This document shows positions 6,992-15,705 of a stretch of 32,000 nucleotides of DNA, piece after piece. The stretch spans positions 1,260,001 through 1,292,000 of the forward strand of contig OW818653.1 of assembly GCA_942492995.1 (NCBI GenBank), written 5' to 3'. Made by a program: the position numbers and the translations under genes. A model generated the notes under the pieces. That model was not told the origin of the DNA and did no database searches. It saw only the letters and a list, made by a program, of their open reading frames with translations. This DNA comes from an uncultured Erysipelotrichaceae bacterium (GTDB lineage Bacteria; Bacillota_I; Bacilli_A; Erysipelotrichales; Erysipelotrichaceae). Within the stretch, counting starts at the first letter, position 1, and every line of letters begins with the position of its first letter.

Positions 6992-8986
6992 TTATACACC
7001 TTCCTTTTGAAGACTTAATGCCGGTGAATCATTACGTTTAATCAAATAAACAATAACACCGATATAGATTACAACACCAATTAAGCCATACAATGCGCCA
7101 TTTCCAATGTTACCTGTTGTGATAAATGTACCAATTTGATAAATGAAATACGCTAAGGTATAACCCATTCCAAGTTGGAACCCAATCGCTCCAAATAACC
7201 ATTTCTTACTATCTAACTCCGCATTCATTGCGCCAATTGCCGCAAAACATGGAGGTGTAAATAGATTAAACACAAGATATGCAAGTGCAGCGACAGTTGT
7301 TAATCCCATGATGGATGCGACTTGACCAGAGCCTGAAACTAAGACTAACTCTTCAGTATTTATGAAGTTAGTGATTCCAAACACGACTGCTAATGTACCA
7401 ACAACATTTTCCTTCGCAATAAATCCAGTAATCGCAGCTGCGGCTAATTGCCATAAGCCAAATCCTAATGGAATAAAGATTAGAGCTAAAGGACTTGCGA
7501 TACTTGCTAGAATACTTGTGGAAGCCATACCATCTTCAATTAATTGGAAATTCCAATTAAATGTTTGCATAATTTGAACTAGAGTATTACTGATAAGAAT
7601 GATTGTGACTGCTTTAATCACAAACTGTTTACCTTGAGAAATCATCGAAATAAATGCACGTTTGAAACTTGGAAAACGATATTCTGGAAGTTCTAGAATA
7701 AAAAATGAGCGCGTTGATGAATCACCTGTAATTTTACGAATAACAAGTGCACCAATAACCACAATCATAATACCGATGAAATACATAAGAGTACCAACCC
7801 ATGCGGCTTCTTGGAAGAATACACCAGCGAATAACGCAATAACTGGTAATTTAGCTCCACACGGCATGAATGAAGTTAACATTGCGGTTGTACGACGTTG
7901 ACGATCATCACGAATTGTACGCGTAGACATAATCCCAGGAATCGCACATCCAGTACTGATAACCATCGGGATAATTGAGCGACCTGATAGTCCAACTTTC
8001 TTTAAATATGGATCCATTACTACCGCAACACGAGCCATATATCCACTATCTTCAAGTAGTGCTAATAAGAAGAAGAGAACCATAATAAGTGGTAAGAAAC
8101 CAACAATTGCGCCAACTCCACCAATGATTCCATCTAATAACAAAGCCCTTAATAAAGGCGAAACACTACTACCAATGATTGTATCTACAAAACCATAGAA
8201 TGAATCAATCCAACCAACTAAGTAATCAGCTAAGAATGGACCAACTGTTGTTTGAGATATGGAAAATACGAAATATAGAATAAATGCGAAGATTGGAATA
8301 CCTAAGTATTTATTTGCGACAATCCTGTCAATTGAATCATTAATGTTCTGTTTAGAACTAGATTCTTTACGAATTTCAACATCAGATACAAGTTGATTAA
8401 CATACGTAAATCGTTTCTTATCTTGTTCAATTAATGTCTCTTTATCAACCGTATCTAAGTCTACCCCAACAAATGGTGCAGATTGTCCTGTGCCTACTAC
8501 TTGATTACATGCGTTTATTAACTCTGATAAACCTTTATCATTAATAGCGGTTGTCTTAATAATCGGACAACCTAATAATTCAGACAATTTTTCAGTATCG
8601 ATTTCAATGGATTTCTTCCCAGTTAAATCCCATTTATTTAATGCGACAACAACAGGAACTCCCAACTCAAGAAGTTGAGTTGTAAAGAATAAAGAACGAT
8701 TTAAACTTGATGCATCTACGATATTTATAATCACATCAGGATTTTCATTGTTCACAAAGTCACGCGTAATACGTTCTTCTGACGTAAAAGGTGACATTGA
8801 ATAGGTCCCAGGTAAATCGATAATACGTACTGGATTTAATCCTTTTGTGATCTGTTTTTTCGCATTACCTTCTTTACGAGAAACAGTTACACCTGGCCAA
8901 TTCCCTACATGTTCTATACTTCCAGTAATCGCATTGAATAATGTCGTCTTACCGCTATTTGGATTTCCTGCTAAAGCAATACGCAT
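6992..8986 (-). CDS. feoB: Ferrous iron transporter FeoB
   Basis: 664 aa. N-terminal G-domain GNPNSGKTTLFN, DLPGTYS and NKWD, followed by a polytopic membrane region. Confidence 0.95.
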   Translation of the reverse strand: MRIALAGNPNSGKTTLFNAITGSIEHVGNWPGVTVSRKEGNAKKQITKGLNPVRIIDLPGTYSMSPFTSEERITRDFVNNENPDVIINIVDASSLNRSLFFTTQLLELGVPVVVALNKWDLTGKKSIEIDTEKLSELLGCPIIKTTAINDKGLSELINACNQVVGTGQSAPFVGVDLDTVDKETLIEQDKKRFTYVNQLVSDVEIRKESSSKQNINDSIDRIVANKYLGIPIFAFILYFVFSISQTTVGPFLADYLVGWIDSFYGFVDTIIGSSVSPLLRALLLDGIIGGVGAIVGFLPLIMVLFFLLALLEDSGYMARVAVVMDPYLKKVGLSGRSIIPMVISTGCAIPGIMSTRTIRDDRQRRTTAMLTSFMPCGAKLPVIALFAGVFFQEAAWVGTLMYFIGIMIVVIGALVIRKITGDSSTRSFFILELPEYRFPSFKRAFISMISQGKQFVIKAVTIILISNTLVQIMQTFNWNFQLIEDGMASTSILASIASPLALIFIPLGFGLWQLAAAAITGFIAKENVVGTLAVVFGITNFINTEELVLVSGSGQVASIMGLTTVAALAYLVFNLFTPPCFAAIGAMNAELDSKKWLFGAIGFQLGMGYTLAYFIYQIGTFITTGNIGNGALYGLIGVVIYIGVIVYLIKRNDSPALSLQKEGV

Positions 8987-9001
8987 AGTTTCTCCTCTAT
9001 T

Positions 9002-9017
9002 GTTAGCTATAGCTAAC
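9002..9017. promoter_or_regulatory. Perfect 16-bp palindrome GTTAGCTATAGCTAAC in the feoA-feoB spacer (DtxR-family operator candidate or RNA hairpin)
   Basis: Read directly from the sequence. It matches 12/16 positions of GTTACCCTTAACTAAC at 9712-9727 (shared GTTAnCnnTAnCTAAC). Confidence 0.4.
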
Positions 9018-9032
9018 TTAACCTACAAAAAA

Positions 9033-9317
9033 TTAAACGATAATCGCTTTCGCTAATTCCGTATCAATACTATATCGAGCATCGTTGATATTAACCACAT
9101 ATGTCGAACTTAATTTTGATATAACCGTTATTGATTGTCCTTCATAACATCCTAATGTAAATAGAAAATCACGCATCGCATGATCATTTGTATGTATCGC
9201 ACGAATAATATGAGTAGTATTCATTTTCACTTTTGTTAAATCATGTCCCATACTATTTTCCGTCTCCACTTCGAATGTTTCATCCATTAATCTATGTCTA
9301 TTTAAAACAATATCCAT
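9033..9317 (-). CDS. feoA: FeoA family protein
   Basis: The C-terminal ~70 aa (IRAIHTNDHAMRDFLFTLGCYEGQSITVISK...NINDARYSIDTELAKAIIV) is FeoA/SH3-like. The start at 9317 abuts the dtxR stop (9319). An internal start (MGHDL) is possible. Confidence 0.8.
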   Translation of the reverse strand: MDIVLNRHRLMDETFEVETENSMGHDLTKVKMNTTHIIRAIHTNDHAMRDFLFTLGCYEGQSITVISKLSSTYVVNINDARYSIDTELAKAIIV

Positions 9318-9318
9318 A

Positions 9319-9696
9319 TTAACTCAATTCTTCTTTATTTAAATATTCTTTTATTGATTCCAATAAAGTGTCCGTAATAACATGTTCCATACGACACGCA
9401 TTCTCTTCCGCATCCTCTGGACTTAAGTTTAGCGATTGTTGCAAATACTCAGTAATAATCAAATGTCTCTCATAGATTTCTTGAGATAATTCTCTACCCT
9501 TGTCCGTTAATGTGACTGGACCATAATCATCTTTATTAATCAATAATCGATTTTTAAGTTGATCCATCGCTTTCGTAACACTTGGTTTAGAAATGCTTAA
9601 TGCCTTAGAAATCTCAGCCACATGTGCATGACCTTGACTTTTTTCTAATAGATAAATCGTTTCCAAATACATTTCTGCTGAATCGTGATATTTCAT
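9319..9696 (-). CDS. DtxR/MntR family metal-dependent transcriptional repressor (no SH3 domain)
   Basis: 125 aa. SAEMYLETIYLL...VAEISKALSISKPSVTKAMDQL is a winged HTH, and ERHLIITEYL...EENACRMEHV is the metal/dimerisation region. Confidence 0.85.
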   Translation of the reverse strand: MKYHDSAEMYLETIYLLEKSQGHAHVAEISKALSISKPSVTKAMDQLKNRLLINKDDYGPVTLTDKGRELSQEIYERHLIITEYLQQSLNLSPEDAEENACRMEHVITDTLLESIKEYLNKEELS

Positions 9697-9711
9697 CGCT
9701 TTTCCTCAAGA

Positions 9712-9727
9712 GTTACCCTTAACTAAC
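9712..9727. promoter_or_regulatory. Candidate DtxR-family operator in the dtxR-feoAB leader
   Basis: GTTACCCTTAACTAAC lies between a putative promoter (minus strand TTGCAT-N16-TATACT, ~9733-9760) and the dtxR ATG at 9696. The outer arms GTTA/TAAC are inverted. Confidence 0.4.
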
Positions 9728-9894
9728 TTTCATAGTATAGTATAAGCGAATCACTCGCAAATGCAAGTTAGAATGTTCACAATTATTTAACTAATTTATT
9801 AAATTTCCTAGATACGATGTGATATTTGTCATATTTTGTGAAAGTTGTAACATTTCGCACAAATAGAAAACATCTACGTTAATAGATGTCTAGG

Positions 9895-11451
9895 TTAAAT
9901 CATTTTTGTCGTCCAGTTTTCTACATTCCATACATCGCTTACGATGTCTTGATAGAATTCTGGTTCATGACATACTAATATGATTGTGCCTTTGTATTCT
10001 TGTAAAGCACGTTTTAATTCATCTTTCGCATCCACATCTAAATGGTTCGTTGGTTCATCTAGTACTAATACATTACTTGGTGTATTAATAATCTTACATA
10101 GACGTACTTTAGCTTGTTCACCACCACTTAATACAGATACTTTTGATTCTAACTGTTGACGTGTTAATCCTACCTTCGCTAAGGCATTACGTACTTCAAG
10201 TTGATTCATACTTGGAAATGCTTTCCAAACATCTTCGATACAACTTAAATTATTGTCTTTTTTAACTTCTTGTTCGAAGTATCCAATGGATAAGAATTCA
10301 CCAGTATGTATATTCCCTTCAAACGGTTGAATGATACCTAAGATACTCTTCAACAGCGTTGATTTACCTAACCCATTTGCGCCGGTTAATGCGATTTTTT
10401 GACCACGTTCAACCAAAAATTTTAATGGTTTCGATAGCGCTGATTCATACCCTATGACTAAATTTTCTGTTTCAACGATCACTCTACCAGCTGTTCGTGC
10501 TTGTTTGATATTAAAGACTGGTTTTGGTTTTTCTGGATTTAATTCAATACGCTCCATCTTATCTAATACTTTTTGACGTGAAGCCGCAATACCACGAGTT
10601 GATACACGTGCTTTATTGCGTTGGACGAAGTCTTCTAATCGTGCAATTTCTGATTTTTGACGTTCATAGCTTGCTTCAAGTGCGTATTTATTCATCTCAT
10701 AGATACGTAAGAAATCATTGTATCCACCAACATATCGAGTTAGTTTTAAGTTCTCAACATGATAGATTAAGTTAACTACTTCATCTAAGAATGGAATATC
10801 ATGTGAAATTAAGATAAAAGCATTCTCATATTCCTGTAGATAACGTTTTAACCATATAATGTGTTCTTCATCTAAATAGTTGGTTGGTTCATCTAATAAT
10901 AGGATATCTGGTTGTTCAAGCAATAGTTTGGTTAATAATACCTTTGTACGTTGACCACCACTTAAATCATCCACATCACGATCTAACCCTATACTTGATA
11001 ATCCAAGTGCAGATGCGACTTCATCGATTTTAATATCGATTTTGTAGTAGTCGTGATGATCTAACATATCTTGTAAAATCCCGATTTTATCTAATATTTT
11101 ATCCATATCAATCTCAGGATCAAGTGCCATTTGATTGTATAGTTCCATAATTTCAGCTTCAACATCAATTAAATATTGGAAAGCTTTTTGTAGATTCTGA
11201 CGAATCGTTGTGCCCTTTTCAAGAACGGTATGTTGATCTAAATATCCAACACGAACTTTTGATGACCACGATACTTTACCTTCATCGGGAGTTAATTTAC
11301 CGGTAAGTACACTGAAAAAAGTTGATTTACCTTCACCATTTGCGCCGATCAAACCAACATGTTCACCTTTTAATAATCTAAATGACACGTCTTCAAAGAT
11401 TCCACGATCTCCAAATCCATGACTTAAGTTTTCAACTGTACAAATACTCAT
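9895..11451 (-). CDS. ABC-F family ATPase (two ABC domains, no membrane domain)
   Basis: Two Walker A motifs (GANGEGKST, GANGLGKST), two signatures (LSGGQRTK, LSGGEQAK) and a charged inter-domain linker. Start moved to ATG 11451 (MSICTVENL), preceded by AGGAGG (11458-11463). Confidence 0.85.
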   Translation of the reverse strand: MSICTVENLSHGFGDRGIFEDVSFRLLKGEHVGLIGANGEGKSTFFSVLTGKLTPDEGKVSWSSKVRVGYLDQHTVLEKGTTIRQNLQKAFQYLIDVEAEIMELYNQMALDPEIDMDKILDKIGILQDMLDHHDYYKIDIKIDEVASALGLSSIGLDRDVDDLSGGQRTKVLLTKLLLEQPDILLLDEPTNYLDEEHIIWLKRYLQEYENAFILISHDIPFLDEVVNLIYHVENLKLTRYVGGYNDFLRIYEMNKYALEASYERQKSEIARLEDFVQRNKARVSTRGIAASRQKVLDKMERIELNPEKPKPVFNIKQARTAGRVIVETENLVIGYESALSKPLKFLVERGQKIALTGANGLGKSTLLKSILGIIQPFEGNIHTGEFLSIGYFEQEVKKDNNLSCIEDVWKAFPSMNQLEVRNALAKVGLTRQQLESKVSVLSGGEQAKVRLCKIINTPSNVLVLDEPTNHLDVDAKDELKRALQEYKGTIILVCHEPEFYQDIVSDVWNVENWTTKMI

Positions 11452-11524
11452 AAAATTCCTCCTACAATAACAATCGCTATCATACACGACTTATGCATTT
11501 GTTTCAAGATTTGTACGCATTTAA

Positions 11525-11557
11525 AAACCAAAGTCTTTTATTATGCGACTTTGGTTT
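11525..11557 (-). terminator. Intrinsic terminator after the duplicated lipoprotein gene
   Basis: Arms AAACCAAAGTC (11525-11535) and GACTTTGGTTT (11547-11557). On the minus strand the hairpin is followed by TTTTTAA. Confidence 0.8.
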
Positions 11558-11563
11558 AAATAA

Positions 11564-12940
11564 TTATTTAATTTTTAATTCAATTGCGATTCGATTATCA
11601 AACGATTTCTTAATAGCGCCAAGAATATCTCCATGACCATCTCTTAAGCTCATCGTTGCGGCAGTTGTCACATCAGCTAACACTGCTTTATCATCATCGG
11701 ATAATGCATTATATTTCGCAATATCTTCATCTTTTGTGGAATCTGCTTTTAAAGGTCTTCCATTTAAGTCTGATGAATACTTCGCAAACCATTCTTCGAT
11801 TTCAGTAACAGTTTTACCAACAAATAATGCTTGGTACTTTTCAATTTGATCTGTCCAAGTACCTGTGTTCATTACATATTCAGAACCACGTTCACGTTTA
11901 GTAGCCCATGTAGCGATTTCGGCAAAGAAATTTTCTTCAGTATCTAATGTCTTACTATCCACAACTTCATCATGATTTTCATCAAAGTTATATCCACCTT
12001 GACCTAAGTAACCACTAAAATGAGGCATTCCAGCACCATCATAATTAGGTGTTGCGACTTCAAGTTGATCGATATACAACGCAACTAGTTTGTCATCTTT
12101 ATCAAATAGTGAATTAACAAATACTTGGTTAAAGCTCCATACTTGAGTTTCAGTATTATCAGCACCTGGTCCTTTACGACCTGTACTAAGAACTGCGAAA
12201 CCTGAAGATGTTGCTTCTTTGATTTCTAATTTAACACGGTTGTCATATGCTTTTTGAATAGCCGCAATGATATCCCCATGACCATCTCTTAAACTCATTG
12301 TCGCAGCAGTTGTAACATCTGCTAACATTTCTTTTTCATCATCTGTTAATGTCGCATATTTTGCGATATCTTCTTCTTTTTCTGATTCAGCTTTTAAAGG
12401 TCTTCCATTTAAATCAGATGCGTATTTTGTGAACCATTCTTCAATCTCAGCGACTGTTTTACCAACAAATAATGTTTGATATTTTTCGATTTGATCTGTC
12501 CAAGTACCAGTGTTCATAACATAAGCATCACCACGTTCGCGTTTTGTTGCCCATCCAGCAATTTCCGCAAAGTAATTTTCTTCTGTATCAACAGTCTTAC
12601 CATCTACTACTTCATCATGATTTTCATCATAATTATATCCACCTTGACCTGGGAAACCACTGAAATGAGGCATACCTGCACCATCATAATTCGGTGTAGC
12701 CACTTCAAGTTGGTCAATATAGATTGAAACTATTTTGCCTTCTCCATCAAATATAACATCCGCAAACACTTGGTTGAAACTCCAAACTTGAGTTTCAGTA
12801 TTGTCTGCACCAGGTCCTTTGCGACCCGTACTTACAACTCCAAATCCTTGATATGCTTCATCTAATTTTGATCCATCGGCACATGCGGTTAAACTACTTA
12901 ACATAAGTAAGCATAATAATAGACTAATTATTTTTTTCAT
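11564..12940 (-). CDS. Lipoprotein built from two tandem ~215-aa repeats (divergent FMN_bind-like modules?), partner of the FTR1 permease
   Basis: Start moved to ATG 12940 (MKKIISLLLCLLMLSSLTAC, lipobox LTAC) with AAAGGGG upstream. The two halves align colinearly (GFGVVSTGRKGPGADNTETQVWSFNQVF... and GFAVLSTGRKGPGADNTETQVWSFNQVF...). Each half ends in LADVTTAATMSLRDGHGDI. Confidence 0.6.
   Translation of the reverse strand: MKKIISLLLCLLMLSSLTACADGSKLDEAYQGFGVVSTGRKGPGADNTETQVWSFNQVFADVIFDGEGKIVSIYIDQLEVATPNYDGAGMPHFSGFPGQGGYNYDENHDEVVDGKTVDTEENYFAEIAGWATKRERGDAYVMNTGTWTDQIEKYQTLFVGKTVAEIEEWFTKYASDLNGRPLKAESEKEEDIAKYATLTDDEKEMLADVTTAATMSLRDGHGDIIAAIQKAYDNRVKLEIKEATSSGFAVLSTGRKGPGADNTETQVWSFNQVFVNSLFDKDDKLVALYIDQLEVATPNYDGAGMPHFSGYLGQGGYNFDENHDEVVDSKTLDTEENFFAEIATWATKRERGSEYVMNTGTWTDQIEKYQALFVGKTVTEIEEWFAKYSSDLNGRPLKADSTKDEDIAKYNALSDDDKAVLADVTTAATMSLRDGHGDILGAIKKSFDNRIAIELKIK
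11567..12847 (-). repeat. Intragenic tandem duplication (unit 1 at 12203-12847, unit 2 at 11567-12202)
   Basis: By-eye protein alignment of the two units shows roughly three quarters or more identical residues over ~212 aa. Long identical DNA runs are also visible. Confidence 0.9.
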
Positions 12941-12967
12941 CCTGTATAAAACCCCTTTCATTATTTA

Positions 12968-12997
12968 ACTATAGGAAGAGTTAAGGATGACTGTCAA
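12968..12997 (-). promoter_or_regulatory. Sigma-A promoter of the lipoprotein gene
   Basis: Minus strand reads TTGACA (12997-12992) - 18 nt - TATAGT (12973-12968). Confidence 0.6.
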
Positions 12998-13107
12998 CGA
13001 ATTACTTGTTAAATGTTTCACATAAAATGTAAATTCATGAAATGTTTGTGATTTTTTTAATTAATATACTATAAAAGTTAAACTATTCACAAGTGATATA
13101 ATAATGG

Positions 13108-13147
13108 GTAAAAAAAGACTCTACACACAATAATTTGGTAAAGTCTT
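13108..13147 (-). terminator. Probable intrinsic terminator after the FTR1 gene
   Basis: AAGACT (13115-13120) pairs with AGTCTT (13142-13147), with extra inner pairs TAC/GTA. On the minus strand it is followed by a T-run (plus-strand A-run 13110-13116). The large loop lowers confidence. Confidence 0.45.
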
Positions 13148-13152
13148 AATTA

Positions 13153-13971
13153 CTATTTCTTAGATACAATCTTACGCCATATTCCAAACATACTTATCGT
13201 ATAAACATATTGTAAAATAAATTGTATCCATTCAGGTCTAGAGTACCAACCCACTGTAACATAGAGTGGTAATCCAATAATACCTTCTTTATGATCTAGT
13301 ACTGTGGATGAGAAATCATATGCTTTAATAAATAGAATATGGTTTTCTGCTATATAACCCAATGACTTTAATGCGGACAAACCTTCATGTACTGCATAGC
13401 CTAATAAGAATCCAGCTTGCAAGATTAAATACGCTAAAGTTATCGTAAACAACAGTTTGAGATTAACATTTATTAATGCATGATAAACTAAATACGCTAA
13501 TACTAGTGAAATAAGAATCCCTGTTAGTATTGATATTAAAGTATACTTTCCGGCAAAGGTAAATATCGCTATTTCTGCACCTTCTCGTACAACCATAATA
13601 AATGCGACACTAAACAAACCGCTTGTAGAAAGATTTTGTTTAACTTTGTCCTCTACATCACCAATCATATTTTGTCCATGTTTCATCATCCAAAAAATAA
13701 ATGTCGTTATAAGCAATAACGCAATTATACTTGCGCCACTTTCCCATATTTTCGCAATCTCATCTGTTTTTTGAATAAGTGTTGAGATGAAAAATAATCC
13801 AGCACCGATTAAAAGTGAAGCGATTATTCCAGCAAATGCGCCATAATATACATTCTTTTTTAAATTAGTCTGTTTAGTATGATTTAAATACTGCAGAATA
13901 ATCACCACAATTAAAAAGGCTTCTAACCCTTCGCGAAAACCCATAATAAGACCAGGTATAAATACATCCAT
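13153..13971 (-). CDS. FTR1/EfeU-family iron permease
   Basis: 272 aa and polytopic. Two REXXE motifs: GFREGLEAFLI and VVREGAEIAIF. Confidence 0.85.
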   Translation of the reverse strand: MDVFIPGLIMGFREGLEAFLIVVIILQYLNHTKQTNLKKNVYYGAFAGIIASLLIGAGLFFISTLIQKTDEIAKIWESGASIIALLLITTFIFWMMKHGQNMIGDVEDKVKQNLSTSGLFSVAFIMVVREGAEIAIFTFAGKYTLISILTGILISLVLAYLVYHALINVNLKLLFTITLAYLILQAGFLLGYAVHEGLSALKSLGYIAENHILFIKAYDFSSTVLDHKEGIIGLPLYVTVGWYSRPEWIQFILQYVYTISMFGIWRKIVSKK

Positions 13972-14164
13972 ATGCTTTCCCTAACACTTTCTAATCGTTG
14001 TGTATTTCAAGAATAGCGTATGTACCTTTTATTTACATTTATTATGCTCATAACCATTAAGAAATAATTAATGAAAATAGTGAAAATTTACATAGACAGA
14101 TGGGTCATAAACACATAAAATTAAAACAATACAAATTTGAAAATTAGAAAAAGTGGAGAGTTTT

Positions 14165-14674
14165 ATGTCAACATTTAAAGTAATTACACCAGAAGAGATT
14201 AAATCAAACCCGTTTCATTTAATTGGCAAAGAATGGATGTTAGTAACAGCTGAAATGGATGGTAAAGTTAACACTATGACAGCTAATTGGGGTGGTGTTG
14301 GCGTAATGTGGAATCTTGATGTTGTGTTTGTGGTTATTCGTCCACAACGCTACACAAAGGAATTTGTCGATCACTCTGATACATTCTCATTAACGTTCTA
14401 TGACCAAAGCTATAAGAAAGATCTCTCTTACTTAGGCAGTACATCTGGTAGAGATGAAGATAAGCTTGCACATACTCATTTAGAATTAGTCTACGATGAT
14501 AAAACACCTTTTTTCAAACAAGCTAAAACGGTTCTAATATGTAAAAAACTTTTCGCACAAGATTATCAAAAAGAGTCTTTTATTGATTTAAGTATTGAAA
14601 AAGAAGTATATGATTCAAATGATTATCATACGTTATACATAGCGGAAATTACGAAAGTACTAGTTTCGGAATAA
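14165..14674 (+). CDS. Flavin reductase-like (FMN-binding split-barrel) domain protein
   Basis: LVTAEMDGKVNTMTANWGGVG is typical of the flavin_reduct family. Start moved to ATG 14165, with GTGGAGAG (14153-14160) acting as SD rather than as the start. Confidence 0.7.
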   Translation: MSTFKVITPEEIKSNPFHLIGKEWMLVTAEMDGKVNTMTANWGGVGVMWNLDVVFVVIRPQRYTKEFVDHSDTFSLTFYDQSYKKDLSYLGSTSGRDEDKLAHTHLELVYDDKTPFFKQAKTVLICKKLFAQDYQKESFIDLSIEKEVYDSNDYHTLYIAEITKVLVSE

Positions 14675-15109
14675 TCAATCGACAAATACAATCTCATCTC
14701 CTGGTTTTATATTCCCTCCAACTAATACCCGAGCGAAGATTCCTTCTCTTGGCATAATACAATCACCGACTAAATTCCTAATTTCACACCCAACGTGACA
14801 TTCTTTTCCTATTTGTGTCACTTCAAGTAATACATCACTTACTTTGAACTTTGTCCCAATTGGTAGATGGTGTAAATCAACGCCAATGGTTGTTAGGTTT
14901 TCTGCAAACTTCCCTGGAACTAAACCACTAACCCCTTTGTTTGTCATTTTATCGATACTCTCTTGAGCTAATAAACTAACCATTCGATGCCATGGACCTG
15001 AATGTGCATCACCAACCATCCCTAATTCTGTTTCAAACTTTCCTTCAGGAATTGGATTTTTGATTACACCTTTCGTTTCACTTATATTCACTGATACAAC
15101 TTTTGCCAT
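14675..15109 (-). CDS. Small MOSC domain protein
   Basis: MAKVVSVNISETKG...VTQIGKECHVGCEIRNLVGDCIMPREGIFARV matches the stand-alone MOSC pattern with a conserved Cys. Start moved to ATG 15109, preceded by AAGGAGAAG. Confidence 0.7.
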   Translation of the reverse strand: MAKVVSVNISETKGVIKNPIPEGKFETELGMVGDAHSGPWHRMVSLLAQESIDKMTNKGVSGLVPGKFAENLTTIGVDLHHLPIGTKFKVSDVLLEVTQIGKECHVGCEIRNLVGDCIMPREGIFARVLVGGNIKPGDEIVFVD

Positions 15110-15126
15110 AGTCTTCTCCTTTTCAT

Positions 15127-15705
15127 TTACCATGTCTTTTCAATCTCAATCGTTTGATTCGATACACAATATTGAACACCTGTTTTAAATGGTTTTTCTC
15201 CATTTCCATGTGTTATAAGCAATACCGTTTTATTTTTATCTAATAATTCTTTTTGAATAAGTTCATAAGCAATATTCTTTGCGTATTCATCCATATATGA
15301 AGTAGGTTCATCTAGTAAGTAGATATCTGTATCACTACAAAGCGTTCGTATCAGCGCAATCTTTTGGCGTTCACCTCCAGATAATTTCGATATTGGTACA
15401 TCGCTGTCATAGTCTAAATTAAACATATCTAACCATTCCATTACTTGATTTGTTTGGCTTAAATTATTCCTTATTTTTGGACTGAATAGATGAAAATGTT
15501 GAGGTTGATACGTCCATGTACCATTGATTGTAATATCACCTTGATATGAATTTAACCAACCGATCATACTTCTAAATAAGCTTGTTTTACCACACCCATT
15601 TTCGCCTTTTATTAAATGTAATTTACCTGATTCAAAAGTTAAATCATTAATGTAAAGTAAGGTTCTATCATTGAATAATAGTTTGAAATTAGTACATTGG
15701 ATCAT
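15127..15705 (-). CDS. tupC: ABC transporter ATP-binding protein, tungstate-uptake type
   Basis: Walker A GENGCGKTS, signature LSGGERQKIAL, Walker B IYLLDEPTS. Short (192 aa). Overlaps the permease gene by 17 nt. Assignment rests on operon context with TupA. Confidence 0.7.
   Translation of the reverse strand: MIQCTNFKLLFNDRTLLYINDLTFESGKLHLIKGENGCGKTSLFRSMIGWLNSYQGDITINGTWTYQPQHFHLFSPKIRNNLSQTNQVMEWLDMFNLDYDSDVPISKLSGGERQKIALIRTLCSDTDIYLLDEPTSYMDEYAKNIAYELIQKELLDKNKTVLLITHGNGEKPFKTGVQYCVSNQTIEIEKTW

Noticed and set aside
9895-11451. ABC-F protein as an antibiotic-resistance (ARE) determinant
   Set aside because: The inter-domain linker is short and there are no flanking resistance or mobile genes. 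Housekeeping and ARE ABC-F classes cannot be separated without phylogeny, so only the family is called.
12962-12990. TTAAC-N10-GTTAA inverted repeat overlapping the lipoprotein -10, considered as a third DtxR-type site
   Set aside because: It matches only 8 of the 12 specified positions of the GTTAnCnnTAnCTAAC pattern shared by the two feo sites, and the arm spacing differs.
13011-13051. Direct repeat AAATGTTT(C/G)... twice, 29 bp apart, upstream of the lipoprotein promoter
   Set aside because: Short AT-rich words with non-helical spacing and no matching copy elsewhere in the window. This is not enough to call a binding site.
14061-14090. Possible Fur box (GAAATAATTAATGAAAATAGTGAAAATTTA) between the FTR1 and flavin reductase genes
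   Set aside because: It matches only about half of the 19-bp Fur consensus positions, and in an AT-rich spacer that is indistinguishable from chance.
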